From the IMG/VR virus record IMGVR_UViG_3300021960_009431: 64,000 nucleotides of DNA; one strand, 5' to 3'. The translations under genes and the position numbers were made by a program. This document shows, one piece after another, positions 48,047 through 56,960 of this stretch. Positions within the stretch are counted from its first letter, which is position 1. Each line of letters begins with the position of its first letter. Source of the stretch: a virus. The notes under the pieces were generated by a model. It searched no databases. It saw nothing but the letters and a program-made list of their open reading frames with translations, and had not been told where the DNA came from.

Positions 48047-48674
48047 TCATTTACATGAACACCAGCATATGTATTTTTATTACTGGGGCCCTCTACTTTG
48101 TAGAATTGATATAGATGAGAATCTGTATAATTTTATATCATCTTGTGTAAATAAACCTCAACAAGAAAATAATAGGTTTAAACATAACGTAGATAAGTTA
48201 GAAAGAGAGTATGAACTGACCGGTAATGAGAAAATAACATTTAACGAATTATTTTCTCCTTATATCACAAAATATGTTGAAGCACATAATAAAACATGGC
48301 AACCTTATGCTAAACCGGTTAAAGATGAATTTGTATGTGCTAATGCATGGATAAACTTTCAAGGAAATAACGAAAGCAGATCTCTTCACACTCACGTAGA
48401 TAGCGATTTATCATTTGTAATATACTATGATATTCCTGATATTTTAATGAAAGAAGCCTCACTAGCTGAAACTGATGTTGTTCCTGGAGCTATCACTTTT
48501 TATAACGAATTACCTAAACCTCCTGAACCTCTATTTAAAAATATTAAATTAATTTCTCATATGCCTAAAATAAAAGAAGCATTTATATTCCCAAGTTCTC
48601 TTCCTCACATGGTTAACTCATTTAAATCTGAATGTACAAGAATATCAATTGCAGGTAATTATATAAGGAAATAG
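48036..48674 (+). CDS. Putative 2OG-Fe(II) oxygenase
   Basis: AWINFQ...HTH..DLSFVIY...IFPSSLPHMV...RISIAGN. Confidence 0.85.
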   Translation: MQLNHLHEHQHMYFYYWGPLLCRIDIDENLYNFISSCVNKPQQENNRFKHNVDKLEREYELTGNEKITFNELFSPYITKYVEAHNKTWQPYAKPVKDEFVCANAWINFQGNNESRSLHTHVDSDLSFVIYYDIPDILMKEASLAETDVVPGAITFYNELPKPPEPLFKNIKLISHMPKIKEAFIFPSSLPHMVNSFKSECTRISIAGNYIRK

Positions 48675-48676
48675 AA

Positions 48677-48877
48677 ATGTGGGTACTAATATGGTTAGCA
48701 ATGGGGAACAGTGCGAATATTGAATATTTTCATGTCGATAGTTATGATAATAAAGATAAATGTATATCAGCTATGAAAAATGCATCTGTTTTAGTTACTA
48801 ATAAAAATCAAACTATAGATTGTTTATGGGTTTCAGGTTTAAGGACCGCACCAATAGAAAAAGGAGTGCTTGATTAA
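48677..48877 (+). CDS. Small hypothetical protein
   Basis: MWVLIWL...C...C pattern. Confidence 0.5.
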   Translation: MWVLIWLAMGNSANIEYFHVDSYDNKDKCISAMKNASVLVTNKNQTIDCLWVSGLRTAPIEKGVLD

Positions 48878-49110
48878 TGAGTGATGATGATTATGAGACT
48901 GAAGAGTTATATGATAAAGTTATAGGTATCGCAGGAGAGCTTTGTGCTAAGCATCCTGGATTGGCTGTTGCTGCAGTGCTTAATACTGTATCTTTAACTC
49001 TATATAAAACTATTCTTACTCCTGAAGAGTATGAAAATATGATGGCTACTATTGATAGTAATACACATAGAATTAAACCATTGATTAAAACTGAACAGAG
49101 AGTGCATTAA
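48877..49110 (+). CDS. Small hypothetical protein
   Basis: AAGGAG RBS. Confidence 0.55.
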   Translation: MSDDDYETEELYDKVIGIAGELCAKHPGLAVAAVLNTVSLTLYKTILTPEEYENMMATIDSNTHRIKPLIKTEQRVH

Positions 49111-49127
49111 CTCTCTTGGAGTGACTT

Positions 49128-50321
49128 ATGCCAAATATTACGATAACGACTAGCCCGTCTGGTCGTAGTCCTGAGAATAAATATTTTTTCGGTAATCGAA
49201 CTCGAAAGTTAGACTTATCTCGTCCAAAATATAACAAGATTGGAAGTGAAGTAGACTTTTGGGAATTCTATGAAGATATGATTGATCAAGAGTACCACCA
49301 TTATCTTGTGTTCTATTCTGCTGGTAGATGTTTTAGCGTTGAGACTAATGATGACCGGCATGCGCAGTTTGTTCGTAATATGTTTAATGTGATAGATGAT
49401 GATCCTTTGCATGATTATGCAGATTGGAAGATCATTCATAATACATTACTTGATGTTGAACCAACCATATATGTTCACTTAGATGAAAAGATTATGTTAA
49501 TTAGTGGTACAACATTCTTAGGTGAAATCAAAAAGGGTGTGTTTGGTATTCTTGGATTTGAACTGCCAGAAGAAGACAAACTACCAATGCACTGTGCAGC
49601 ATTCACATATAAAGATACAACCAATCTAATGTTTGGTTTGAGCGGAACAGGAAAGACAACTCTGTCTAGTGATCCAGATTATAAACTAATTAGTGATGAT
49701 GAAGTCTACTGGCACAGCGATGGAATTGGTATGATCGAAACTGGTTGCTATGCTAAGTCAGAAGGTCTGTCACCAGAAACTCATAAGACTATTTTTGATG
49801 CTGTTGAATTAGCTAAGAGTAAAGATACTCTAGTAGTTGAGAATCCAGGTGCACCTAATGCTAGATTAAGCTATCCTATAAATTGTGTAGAGAATGCTTA
49901 TCATACTTCTCAGCAATTCAACCATCCAGATAATATATTCTTTCTTACTATGGATGCTAAAGGCGTCTTTCCTGCTGTTAGTAAGATAAGCGGTGAGACA
50001 GTCCGTAAGTTTTTTGAAACCGGATACACAAGTCAGATGCCAGGAACAGAAGCGGGAACTGATGTAATAAAGCCATTATTTAGTCCATGTTATGGATCTC
50101 CATTTATGCCCAGACAGGTAAAAGAATACAGTGATATGCTCATGCAGAAAGTAGAGCAAGTTGATTGTAATGTTTATCTAATCAATACAGGAATGGATAA
50201 GGATGGAAAAAGATATCCTCTAGAATATACCCGACAATGTATCAAAGACGCTATTCAAAAAACAAGTACAGATGAAAGCGAAACAGTTCTTGGTATATTA
50301 GAGGGTCTAATTAATGCGTGA
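49128..50321 (+). CDS. pckA: Phosphoenolpyruvate carboxykinase (ATP), shortened
   Basis: GRSP, GEIKKG, PMHC, GLSGTGKTTLS, ISDDE, GCYAK, FSPCYGSPF, YLINTG. Confidence 0.88.
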   Translation: MPNITITTSPSGRSPENKYFFGNRTRKLDLSRPKYNKIGSEVDFWEFYEDMIDQEYHHYLVFYSAGRCFSVETNDDRHAQFVRNMFNVIDDDPLHDYADWKIIHNTLLDVEPTIYVHLDEKIMLISGTTFLGEIKKGVFGILGFELPEEDKLPMHCAAFTYKDTTNLMFGLSGTGKTTLSSDPDYKLISDDEVYWHSDGIGMIETGCYAKSEGLSPETHKTIFDAVELAKSKDTLVVENPGAPNARLSYPINCVENAYHTSQQFNHPDNIFFLTMDAKGVFPAVSKISGETVRKFFETGYTSQMPGTEAGTDVIKPLFSPCYGSPFMPRQVKEYSDMLMQKVEQVDCNVYLINTGMDKDGKRYPLEYTRQCIKDAIQKTSTDESETVLGILEGLINA

Positions 50322-50425
50322 GATGACTCTTGAACAACTTAGAAAAATTCTTACTGATAACAATATTGAGTACTATGTTACTAGTAGCGATAATGGAATT
50401 GTAAAAATTAACTTTTTGGTGAAAG

Positions 50426-50866
50426 ATGAAGTTTAAAAATAAAATATATCTTGATTATTCTGATGTCCTTTCAATGTGTCATAACCTTGAAGATATTGCA
50501 TCTAAATTAAAACCTGATCTAATTGTAGGAATTGTTAGAGGGGGACTGCTCCCTGCTCTTCATTTGTCTCATGCTTTAGAACGTCCTATGGAAACAGTAA
50601 CATGGCAAACTAGAGATGAATCTCGTCAGCAGTATTGTGACATTATTCAACAAGCAATTGATACAGGAAAGACAGTATTATTTGTAGATGATATTAACGA
50701 TACAGGACGAACGTTTAAAGATCTAGCAAAAGCATATAATACTAATACTAAACCCGATGTACATTTTATCTCATTAGTAGAGAAGACAGCTTCAAATTTC
50801 TTTGGTACAGCTGCACTAACTTTAGACGATCCAAGATGGATTGTATTTCCATGGGAAAAAGATTAA
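50426..50866 (+). CDS. Purine phosphoribosyltransferase (Gpt-like)
   Basis: IVRGGLLPA, LFVDDINDTGRT, WIVFPWE. Confidence 0.88.
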   Translation: MKFKNKIYLDYSDVLSMCHNLEDIASKLKPDLIVGIVRGGLLPALHLSHALERPMETVTWQTRDESRQQYCDIIQQAIDTGKTVLFVDDINDTGRTFKDLAKAYNTNTKPDVHFISLVEKTASNFFGTAALTLDDPRWIVFPWEKD

Positions 50867-50899
50867 TGAATAAGAAAATTATAAAGAAAGATAAGGAAG

Positions 50900-51244
50900 A
50901 TGAATAAATGGATTTTAACACTATTCTTAGCTTTAGCACCTCTATCGGTTAACGCTCAAGACCAAACAAAATGGTACCCGTTTTCTTTTCCATGCGGACC
51001 ATATGAACCTCTACTAAAATTACTAGCAAAGCAACAAGAGTTTCTTTTATTTACCTCTGTGGGACAAGTCTTTGGAGTTGATGGGAAAGTTTATCGTGGT
51101 GTAACGATGTTATTTACTAATCAAGACACTGGTAACTGGACATATATTATAAGATGGAATGAAGGGTCTGCATGCATGCTTTCAACAGGTTCAAACTTCA
51201 GACCTTATGATGGAGTTATTCCAGATATTAAGAAAGATCTGTAA
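50900..51244 (+). CDS. Secreted hypothetical protein
   Basis: Signal peptide; TGNWT...ACMLSTG. Confidence 0.55.
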   Translation: MNKWILTLFLALAPLSVNAQDQTKWYPFSFPCGPYEPLLKLLAKQQEFLLFTSVGQVFGVDGKVYRGVTMLFTNQDTGNWTYIIRWNEGSACMLSTGSNFRPYDGVIPDIKKDL

Positions 51245-51576
51245 TGAAATATGTAATTGATATTGATGGAACCATATGCGAAGAAATTATCTTAGCAGAT
51301 GGGAAGAAAGATTATGCTAATCATATTCCTGATATGAAGCGAATAAGAAAAGTAAATCGATTATTTGATCTAGGTCATACGATTAAGTATATGACTGCTA
51401 GAGGGTGTGTAAGTGGTATTGACTATTATGATTTAACTAAGAAGCAATTAGATGATTGGGGATGTAAGTATCATGAGCTTAGCGTAGGAGAAAAAGAGAA
51501 CTACGATGTATGGATAGATGATAAAGCATTCTGGTCAGAGAACTTCTTTAGAGAGACAGGAGCATCATATGAGTGA
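51244..51576 (+). CDS. Small HAD-superfamily phosphatase
   Basis: IDIDGTIC, MTARG, YDVWIDDKA. Confidence 0.85.
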   Translation: MKYVIDIDGTICEEIILADGKKDYANHIPDMKRIRKVNRLFDLGHTIKYMTARGCVSGIDYYDLTKKQLDDWGCKYHELSVGEKENYDVWIDDKAFWSENFFRETGASYE

Positions 51577-51721
51577 AAACTATTGCACGACAAAAGGTCT
51601 AGGTTGGGCCTTCTTAATTATTATTATTGGAATGGCAGGCCTGCCTATTCTTGGGTCAGCAATCGCTTATCCGGATAACTGTAAACAATCAATTCTCATT
51701 CCTTGTCTGGGATTAGAATAA
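51569..51721 (+). CDS. Small membrane protein
   Basis: AGGAG RBS before ATG 51569; one TM. Confidence 0.45.
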   Translation: MSENYCTTKGLGWAFLIIIIGMAGLPILGSAIAYPDNCKQSILIPCLGLE

Positions 51722-52509
51722 TGAATAAGTTTATTGCTGCAATGGATCATAGCGGAGGTTCTACTGGAGGAGTCCTAGAGAGATACGGGCAACAGTATAC
51801 AGAAGATAATAAGATGGACTTGGTCCATGAGATGCGTCTTCGTATGGTTAACTCTCCTGATTTTACTAGAGATAATATCTGGGCTGCGATACTATACAAA
51901 GATACTATCGATAAAGGTATGGTTCCTGTTCTAAAGAATAAAGGAATAGAAGCTATCTGTAAGATTGACTCAGGTTGTGAAGAGGATGGTACTCTAAAAG
52001 ACTTTGATATTGATGCAATGATTCAGTATTCAGTAAGTAATGGCTGCTATGGTACTAAGATGAGAAGTATTGTAAAGACAGAAAATATTATGATTCCTCT
52101 ACTAAAACAACAATTCGAATTAGCAAAAGAAATAGCATCTATAGGTCTTGTTCCGATCATTGAACCAGAAGTTCCTATTGATCATCCTAATAAAGCAAAT
52201 ATCGAATCCTGGTTATTAGAATATCTTAAAATACTATTAAGAGATTTTAGTTCGCATTGCATACTTAAATTAACACTCCCTGAGGTGCCAAACTTATATA
52301 AAGAATTAGATAGTGAATGGGTAAAACTAGTTGGTCTCAGTGGAGGGTATACAACGAAAGAAGCATGCAGTCGTCTTGCTGTTAACGATAATATGACAGC
52401 AAGCTTTTCTAGGGCGCTTAGCGAAGGACTATATATTAGTCAGAGTGATAAAGAATTTAACCAAAAAATATCTGATAATATCAGAGAAATAAACAAAGCA
52501 GGGATGTAA
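51721..52509 (+). CDS. fda: Fructose-bisphosphate aldolase class I (bacterial Fda type)
   Basis: FIAAMDHSGGST, KIDSG, GTKMRS, PIIEPEV, LKLTLP, LSGGY, ASFSRAL. Confidence 0.88.
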   Translation: MNKFIAAMDHSGGSTGGVLERYGQQYTEDNKMDLVHEMRLRMVNSPDFTRDNIWAAILYKDTIDKGMVPVLKNKGIEAICKIDSGCEEDGTLKDFDIDAMIQYSVSNGCYGTKMRSIVKTENIMIPLLKQQFELAKEIASIGLVPIIEPEVPIDHPNKANIESWLLEYLKILLRDFSSHCILKLTLPEVPNLYKELDSEWVKLVGLSGGYTTKEACSRLAVNDNMTASFSRALSEGLYISQSDKEFNQKISDNIREINKAGM

Positions 52510-52865
52510 TGATACTAAGAACAGCATTTATTTTAAGTCTATTAGCCTCACCTTTATTTGCAAATGACAAAGCTTTTAAGAAATGTAAAGCTTGTCATAG
52601 TATAGAGGAAGGTGCGAAGAATGGTACTGGTCCGAACCTATGGAACATAATGAATCGCGGTACAGGTGTCAACGAAGACTACAAGTATAGCAAGAAGTTT
52701 CTAAAATGGGCTGAAGAGAATCCTGTGTGGACTGTAGAGTTGATGGATCAATGGCTTACAAATAGTAAGAAGACAGTGAAAGGCACTAAGATGAATTACA
52801 GAGAAAAGAAAGAGAATAAACGTGCAGAAATTATTGAATATCTTCAAAGCATGGGTGAAGAATAA
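52509..52865 (+). CDS. Cytochrome c2-like class I c-type cytochrome
   Basis: Signal peptide, CKACH haem motif, GPNLW, GTKM distal Met. Confidence 0.92.
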   Translation: MILRTAFILSLLASPLFANDKAFKKCKACHSIEEGAKNGTGPNLWNIMNRGTGVNEDYKYSKKFLKWAEENPVWTVELMDQWLTNSKKTVKGTKMNYREKKENKRAEIIEYLQSMGEE

Positions 52866-53227
52866 TGAATTATAAAAATAAACCTATTGGGTGGGCAACT
52901 ACCCTTACAGGACTTGCAAGTCTTCCACGAGAGATGTGGGACAGTGTAATGACAATCGAGAACTCTCCGCTTCGGAAACTAGATCCTATGGTAGCACATA
53001 TGATCTTTCAATGCCTGTTCTTTATTTGGAGTGGCCTGTTTGCTGTAATGGTTGGCAGTTTTATAGCGTTTGGCATTAGCGCAGCAATTCATGTCCTATT
53101 GATCACTGGTATTACAATTACGGCTGTAACATTCCGTCAAGCTGAAAACAATCCAGACTCAATTAATAAATTACTACAGTCAGGATCTAAGTATAATGGC
53201 CGTTCAGCAGATGGAGAACATTACTGA
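52865..53227 (+). CDS. Conserved membrane protein
   Basis: WDSVM...SPLR...HMIFQCL..IWS; two TM. Confidence 0.6.
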   Translation: MNYKNKPIGWATTLTGLASLPREMWDSVMTIENSPLRKLDPMVAHMIFQCLFFIWSGLFAVMVGSFIAFGISAAIHVLLITGITITAVTFRQAENNPDSINKLLQSGSKYNGRSADGEHY

Positions 53228-53427
53228 TGAAAGAACAATTAGTCAAAGCAGCACGGATGCATGCCGAAGGTGAACTAGAACGTGCGAAAACTAACATTAT
53301 GGTTTATATGAACCAGTCAGTTGGTATTGGAGAACATAGCGATATTGTAGAAGCCATTCAAGAAGAATTAGATAAGATGGCAGCAGCGACAGATCGTATT
53401 GAAATGCTAGAAAGACACTTCGAATGA
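53227..53427 (+). CDS. Conserved T4-like small protein
   Basis: VGIGEHSDIVEAIQEELDK motif. Confidence 0.65.
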   Translation: MKEQLVKAARMHAEGELERAKTNIMVYMNQSVGIGEHSDIVEAIQEELDKMAAATDRIEMLERHFE

Positions 53428-53428
53428 A

Positions 53429-54037
53429 ATGAATATTATTGATGCATTCCCATCTCCGATTAGTTATAATAAGAATGTTCTAACGCTAGAACAATCGAAA
53501 TCTATTGTAAAATTTTGTGATGATCATTCAGAATTATTTCATGAGCATCCTAAACTTAACAGTTATTCACGTACAACATACAGCAATACATCTATAGATT
53601 CGAATGCATTGTTTGTTAAAATGTTTGTTGATCTAGTTGATGGTGGATTAGATATTATTGAGAATGTGAATGCATTAGCTAATGAGTACTCTGATAAGAT
53701 AGGTTCAGTACCTGTTAAATTAACAGATATGCTCATTACTATACAAGACAAAGGAGGTATGGTATTACCTCATCAACACGGAAAAGCTTTGCATTCAGTC
53801 GTCTTGTATGCGCATACTTCAGAAGATTCGAATAACATATATTTTTATAATCCTAACCCATATACAAGTCTTAACCATTATACAGAGAATAATAAGTACT
53901 CTCATTTATATTACAATTTTAATCCACAGATAGGTGATTGTATTATTTTTCCGGGATGGATGTCTCATGGCACTCATAATGAGATTAATAATATGAACGG
54001 TCGTATAGTTCTTAACTTTAACTATACAGATATGTAG
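53429..54037 (+). CDS. Putative 2OG-Fe(II) oxygenase (TIGR02466-like)
   Basis: PHQH...IIFPGWMSHG...RIVLNFN. Confidence 0.8.
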   Translation: MNIIDAFPSPISYNKNVLTLEQSKSIVKFCDDHSELFHEHPKLNSYSRTTYSNTSIDSNALFVKMFVDLVDGGLDIIENVNALANEYSDKIGSVPVKLTDMLITIQDKGGMVLPHQHGKALHSVVLYAHTSEDSNNIYFYNPNPYTSLNHYTENNKYSHLYYNFNPQIGDCIIFPGWMSHGTHNEINNMNGRIVLNFNYTDM

Positions 54038-54047
54038 AAAGAAGAAA

Positions 54048-54284
54048 ATGAGTGAAATAAGCTCTATTGTTAATATATCAATGTTAGAAGGCGTAAGTAG
54101 AAATATGCCTTTTAATACACCTAATGAACAACAATCATTAAAGGGTGCGAGTAATAAGATGCCTTTTAATAATGATTCAACTCAACAAGATTATAAGTCA
54201 GAAATCTATTATAATTACAATTCTAGAGGTGAGAGAGTAATGATTCAACAGGTAGGCCAGAAGGTTAATATAACAGTCATATGA
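54048..54284 (+). CDS. Small hypothetical protein
   Basis: ORF with duplicated MPFN motif. Confidence 0.45.
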   Translation: MSEISSIVNISMLEGVSRNMPFNTPNEQQSLKGASNKMPFNNDSTQQDYKSEIYYNYNSRGERVMIQQVGQKVNITVI

Positions 54285-54415
54285 TAGTAGTAACAGGCAT
54301 TATAGACGATAAACGTTACGAGAAGACATTCAACTGTGTATTAGATGCTATGGATTATAGAGATCATCTAGATGCACATTATGCCAGGAAAGTAAATATG
54401 CGAATCTTTTCGTAA
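54281..54415 (+). CDS. Small hypothetical protein (44 aa)
   Basis: ATGA coupling with upstream stop. Confidence 0.4.
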   Translation: MIVVTGIIDDKRYEKTFNCVLDAMDYRDHLDAHYARKVNMRIFS

Positions 54416-54514
54416 TCTAGCAAAGTATAGAGATTCATTGGGATTATCGGTCCCTCCCCAAGAGAATATAGCGTAGCCCCTCTCTCCTAAGTGCTCTCTA
54501 GTGGGAAATAGTAC

Positions 54515-54543
54515 TTGCACTACAATCAGTTAGAGTATATAAT
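54515..54543 (+). promoter_or_regulatory. sigma70-type early promoter
   Basis: TTGCAC-N17-TATAAT. Confidence 0.7.
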
Positions 54544-54573
54544 CATCGTGTAGATGTTAAAGAAAAAAAATAC

Positions 54574-54633
54574 TAACCTATTGATAACTAACGAAACCTT
54601 TTAGTTGCACTATGTCTCATAAGATACGATAAT
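54574..54633 (+). promoter_or_regulatory. IHF-consensus box plus sigma70 early promoter
   Basis: TAACCTATTGATA (54574); TTGCAC-N17-GATAAT (54605-54633). Confidence 0.75.
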
Positions 54634-54660
54634 AAGTTATCAAATGAGGAGATATACATT

Positions 54661-54996
54661 ATGAAAGTTACAGTATTCCATAAAGACTTCGAAGATAACA
54701 GCTTCACTCGCGTTGCAGTAGTTAATGTTCCAGAGACATATGCTGACGATGATTCAGCTGCTCTTGAGTATGCTTATCGTTATACTAATAATGTAGTAGG
54801 TAGCTGGTCTATGAAGATTGGTGGCGATGCTAACGATAATGTAGAAGTAACTGCTCCTCTTCATGTAACAGATGATGGCCGTACTATGGGTCTTCGTTCT
54901 TCTATGATGGGTGATCGCTTCTATGTTGAAGGTGGTGATGCTTATGAGTGTGCGATGCTTGGGTTCGAGGCTCTTCCAGTATTGGAGGATGTATAA
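54661..54996 (+). CDS. Early hypothetical protein
   Basis: GAGGAG RBS; LEYAYRYTNNVVGSWS...GLRSSMMGD motif. Confidence 0.65.
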   Translation: MKVTVFHKDFEDNSFTRVAVVNVPETYADDDSAALEYAYRYTNNVVGSWSMKIGGDANDNVEVTAPLHVTDDGRTMGLRSSMMGDRFYVEGGDAYECAMLGFEALPVLEDV

Positions 54997-55079
54997 TGGG
55001 TGCGCTAGTAGGTTGTGCATTGTTCTTTATCGTATTAGTTGTAGTAACAGCAGTCGTTGAGGGCTTCTTTATAAAATGA
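54996..55079 (+). CDS. 27-aa single-TM peptide
   Basis: GGAGG RBS, TAATG coupling, hydrophobic. Confidence 0.45.
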   Translation: MGALVGCALFFIVLVVVTAVVEGFFIK

Positions 55080-55207
55080 AATGGTTCTTTCTTGGCATGC
55101 TGGTAATGGCTCTTATGGACCATACCGGCTTTATGTCTGGTACGTATCTAATAGAGCTCATACAGAGCATCATACTAGCAATAGCGAATTGGGTAACAAC
55201 ATTATAA
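55076..55207 (+). CDS. 43-aa hydrophobic peptide
   Basis: ATGA coupling; MKWFFLGMLVMALMD... Confidence 0.45.
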   Translation: MKWFFLGMLVMALMDHTGFMSGTYLIELIQSIILAIANWVTTL

Positions 55208-55359
55208 TGGATGATAATATGACAGATGAGCAGTTGATTAAAGAGTGGCTTGAGAAGAACGAAGTGACAGAGTGTGAACCGTTCGAGCGTACTTGTCCTG
55301 AACAGCTGGTGTGGAAGCGTACTAAAGGTACTAAGAAGCAACAGAAGAAGAAGTCCTGA
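55207..55359 (+). CDS. Small hypothetical protein
   Basis: TAATG coupling; LIKEWLEKNEVTEC motif. Confidence 0.55.
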   Translation: MDDNMTDEQLIKEWLEKNEVTECEPFERTCPEQLVWKRTKGTKKQQKKKS

Positions 55360-55365
55360 AAGAGG

Positions 55366-55490
55366 CCGCGTATAAAAAAGTTTCTAGAGAGAGAACCATA
55401 TACGGGGGGCGATACGCAAAGCTGTCTCTAGTGAGTTTACTTCCCCTATATAAAACGAAACCAAAAGCCGCAGAGAAAATTTGCGCGCGG
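55366..55490. other. GC-enriched structured intergenic element (candidate ncRNA, origin or packaging site)
   Basis: Complementary segments 55384-55393/55422-55431, 55398-55409/55441-55451, 55366-55370/55486-55490. Confidence 0.4.
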
Positions 55491-55513
55491 AAAAATAGGA
55501 GTTTACCATCCCC

Positions 55514-55720
55514 ATGTTTTTAGAGTTATACGTCGATTGGCCAATGGTACTATTTTATACTGTAGGTACTATATTTGGCCTCTGGGTAGGTCGTAAGATG
55601 AAGAGTGATGAAGTTGTAGAGAATACAATTGACTATCTCATAGAGAATAAACTGGTGCGCTGGAAACAAGATGAAAATGGTGAAATAGAGTTGTTGCAGA
55701 TAGATGATAAAAGTATTTGA
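55514..55720 (+). CDS. Small membrane protein
   Basis: AGGAG RBS; one TM; TIDYLIENK. Confidence 0.55.
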   Translation: MFLELYVDWPMVLFYTVGTIFGLWVGRKMKSDEVVENTIDYLIENKLVRWKQDENGEIELLQIDDKSI

Positions 55721-56273
55721 AAACTTACTATCAGCTGAGCTTGCTGATGAGATTGAGAATGAGCTTCTTGGTGGCTCTCATGAATGGTATTTAATGGGTA
55801 ATGTGACATATGATGATGTACCAGGAGTAGATGATGTACAAGCTGGCTTCAATCATTCACATATTCAATATAGTCAAGTAACTTCCAAAAGAGTATTTCG
55901 CTATCTAACTATTCCTTATACAGTAATTGCTAAATTAGATATTAGTGTGTCTAATATAACTCATGGCAGAGCATGGTTGCATTATCCATCTCTTAAACCT
56001 GGTACATTTAATAGTATGCATAATGATCAGACCGAACCACATATATCAATTATATACTATGTAAATGATTCAGATGGTGATACTATATTCTTTGATAAAG
56101 AGGATAGAGAAACTATCATACACAGGCAGACACCTAAAAAGAATACTGCAGTAATATTCTCTGGTGATATACCGCATTGTTCTTCTACGCCGTCTAAATG
56201 GAGAAGTGTATTTAATTTTGTTATAGAGCCTGTAGATTGGCAAAAAGAAGTGCAGAAACTAGTTGCCTTATGA
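55704..56273 (+). CDS. 2OG-Fe(II) oxygenase
   Basis: MHND...IYYVNDSDGDTIFF...PKKN..VIFSG..PHCS...R. Confidence 0.85.
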   Translation: MIKVFENLLSAELADEIENELLGGSHEWYLMGNVTYDDVPGVDDVQAGFNHSHIQYSQVTSKRVFRYLTIPYTVIAKLDISVSNITHGRAWLHYPSLKPGTFNSMHNDQTEPHISIIYYVNDSDGDTIFFDKEDRETIIHRQTPKKNTAVIFSGDIPHCSSTPSKWRSVFNFVIEPVDWQKEVQKLVAL

Positions 56274-56291
56274 TTGAAAAGTTCCGATAAT
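56263..56291 (+). promoter_or_regulatory. sigma70-type early promoter
   Basis: TTGCCT-N17-GATAAT, GAGGAG RBS downstream. Confidence 0.65.
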
Positions 56292-56320
56292 ATTATTATA
56301 GTAAGTGAGGAGACTATATT

Positions 56321-56959
56321 ATGATATATGCAACTTCGGATAGACCTTATGTAGAGAAGTGTAGAGCTCTTGGTTGGGATGATGATACTACTCAGAAGTA
56401 TCTAAATTATCGTACTAAACGTTCTAGTACTATTCGTAGAGGTCGTACTGCATTTAAAGATTCTAACCAATCTAAGGTATATAAGTCTGAATACAAATAT
56501 CATAAGACTCACGGTTATGGTCAGAAGTATAAGACTATCGAAGAATGTGAGAAGTATGTAAAGCGTATTACTAAGTCCAAGCTGTGGGCCGAGCTTTGTG
56601 GTGGTGATCGTAAAGTCATTACAGTAGCTAGTTTTAGAGCGCGCCGCTGGGCTGGAATGGCTTACGGCAGTCATATTAACCTCTCTGTATCTGGTTATAA
56701 TCAATACGTAATACTTCATGAGCTTGCTCACTGTTGCGGTAACATGCATCATGATGTGTCTTTCCGCCGAGACTTAGTGAGACTAATCTCTCGCTTTCTA
56801 GGACGCGAACAAGCTAAGCATCTTAAGCAGTGTTTTCTTAGCGACGGTCTTAAGATGACTATTAAGTCTACTGTTAAGGAGCCTGAAGTATGGCTCGCTT
56901 CATTTAATAAAATGGCCGCTATGCGGCGCAAGTTGCCTTCGGCAAGTCAGGAGTCCTAA
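56321..56959 (+). CDS. SprT-like/HExxH metallohydrolase
   Basis: DSNQSKVYKSE, VILHELAH...HH..F. Confidence 0.7.
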   Translation: MIYATSDRPYVEKCRALGWDDDTTQKYLNYRTKRSSTIRRGRTAFKDSNQSKVYKSEYKYHKTHGYGQKYKTIEECEKYVKRITKSKLWAELCGGDRKVITVASFRARRWAGMAYGSHINLSVSGYNQYVILHELAHCCGNMHHDVSFRRDLVRLISRFLGREQAKHLKQCFLSDGLKMTIKSTVKEPEVWLASFNKMAAMRRKLPSASQES

Positions 56960-56960
56960 T

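Noticed and set aside
55356-55462. Hammerhead ribozyme (CTGAAAGA ... CGAAAC)
   Set aside because: Core does not fit CUGANGA and the flanking stems needed for a hammerhead cannot be formed
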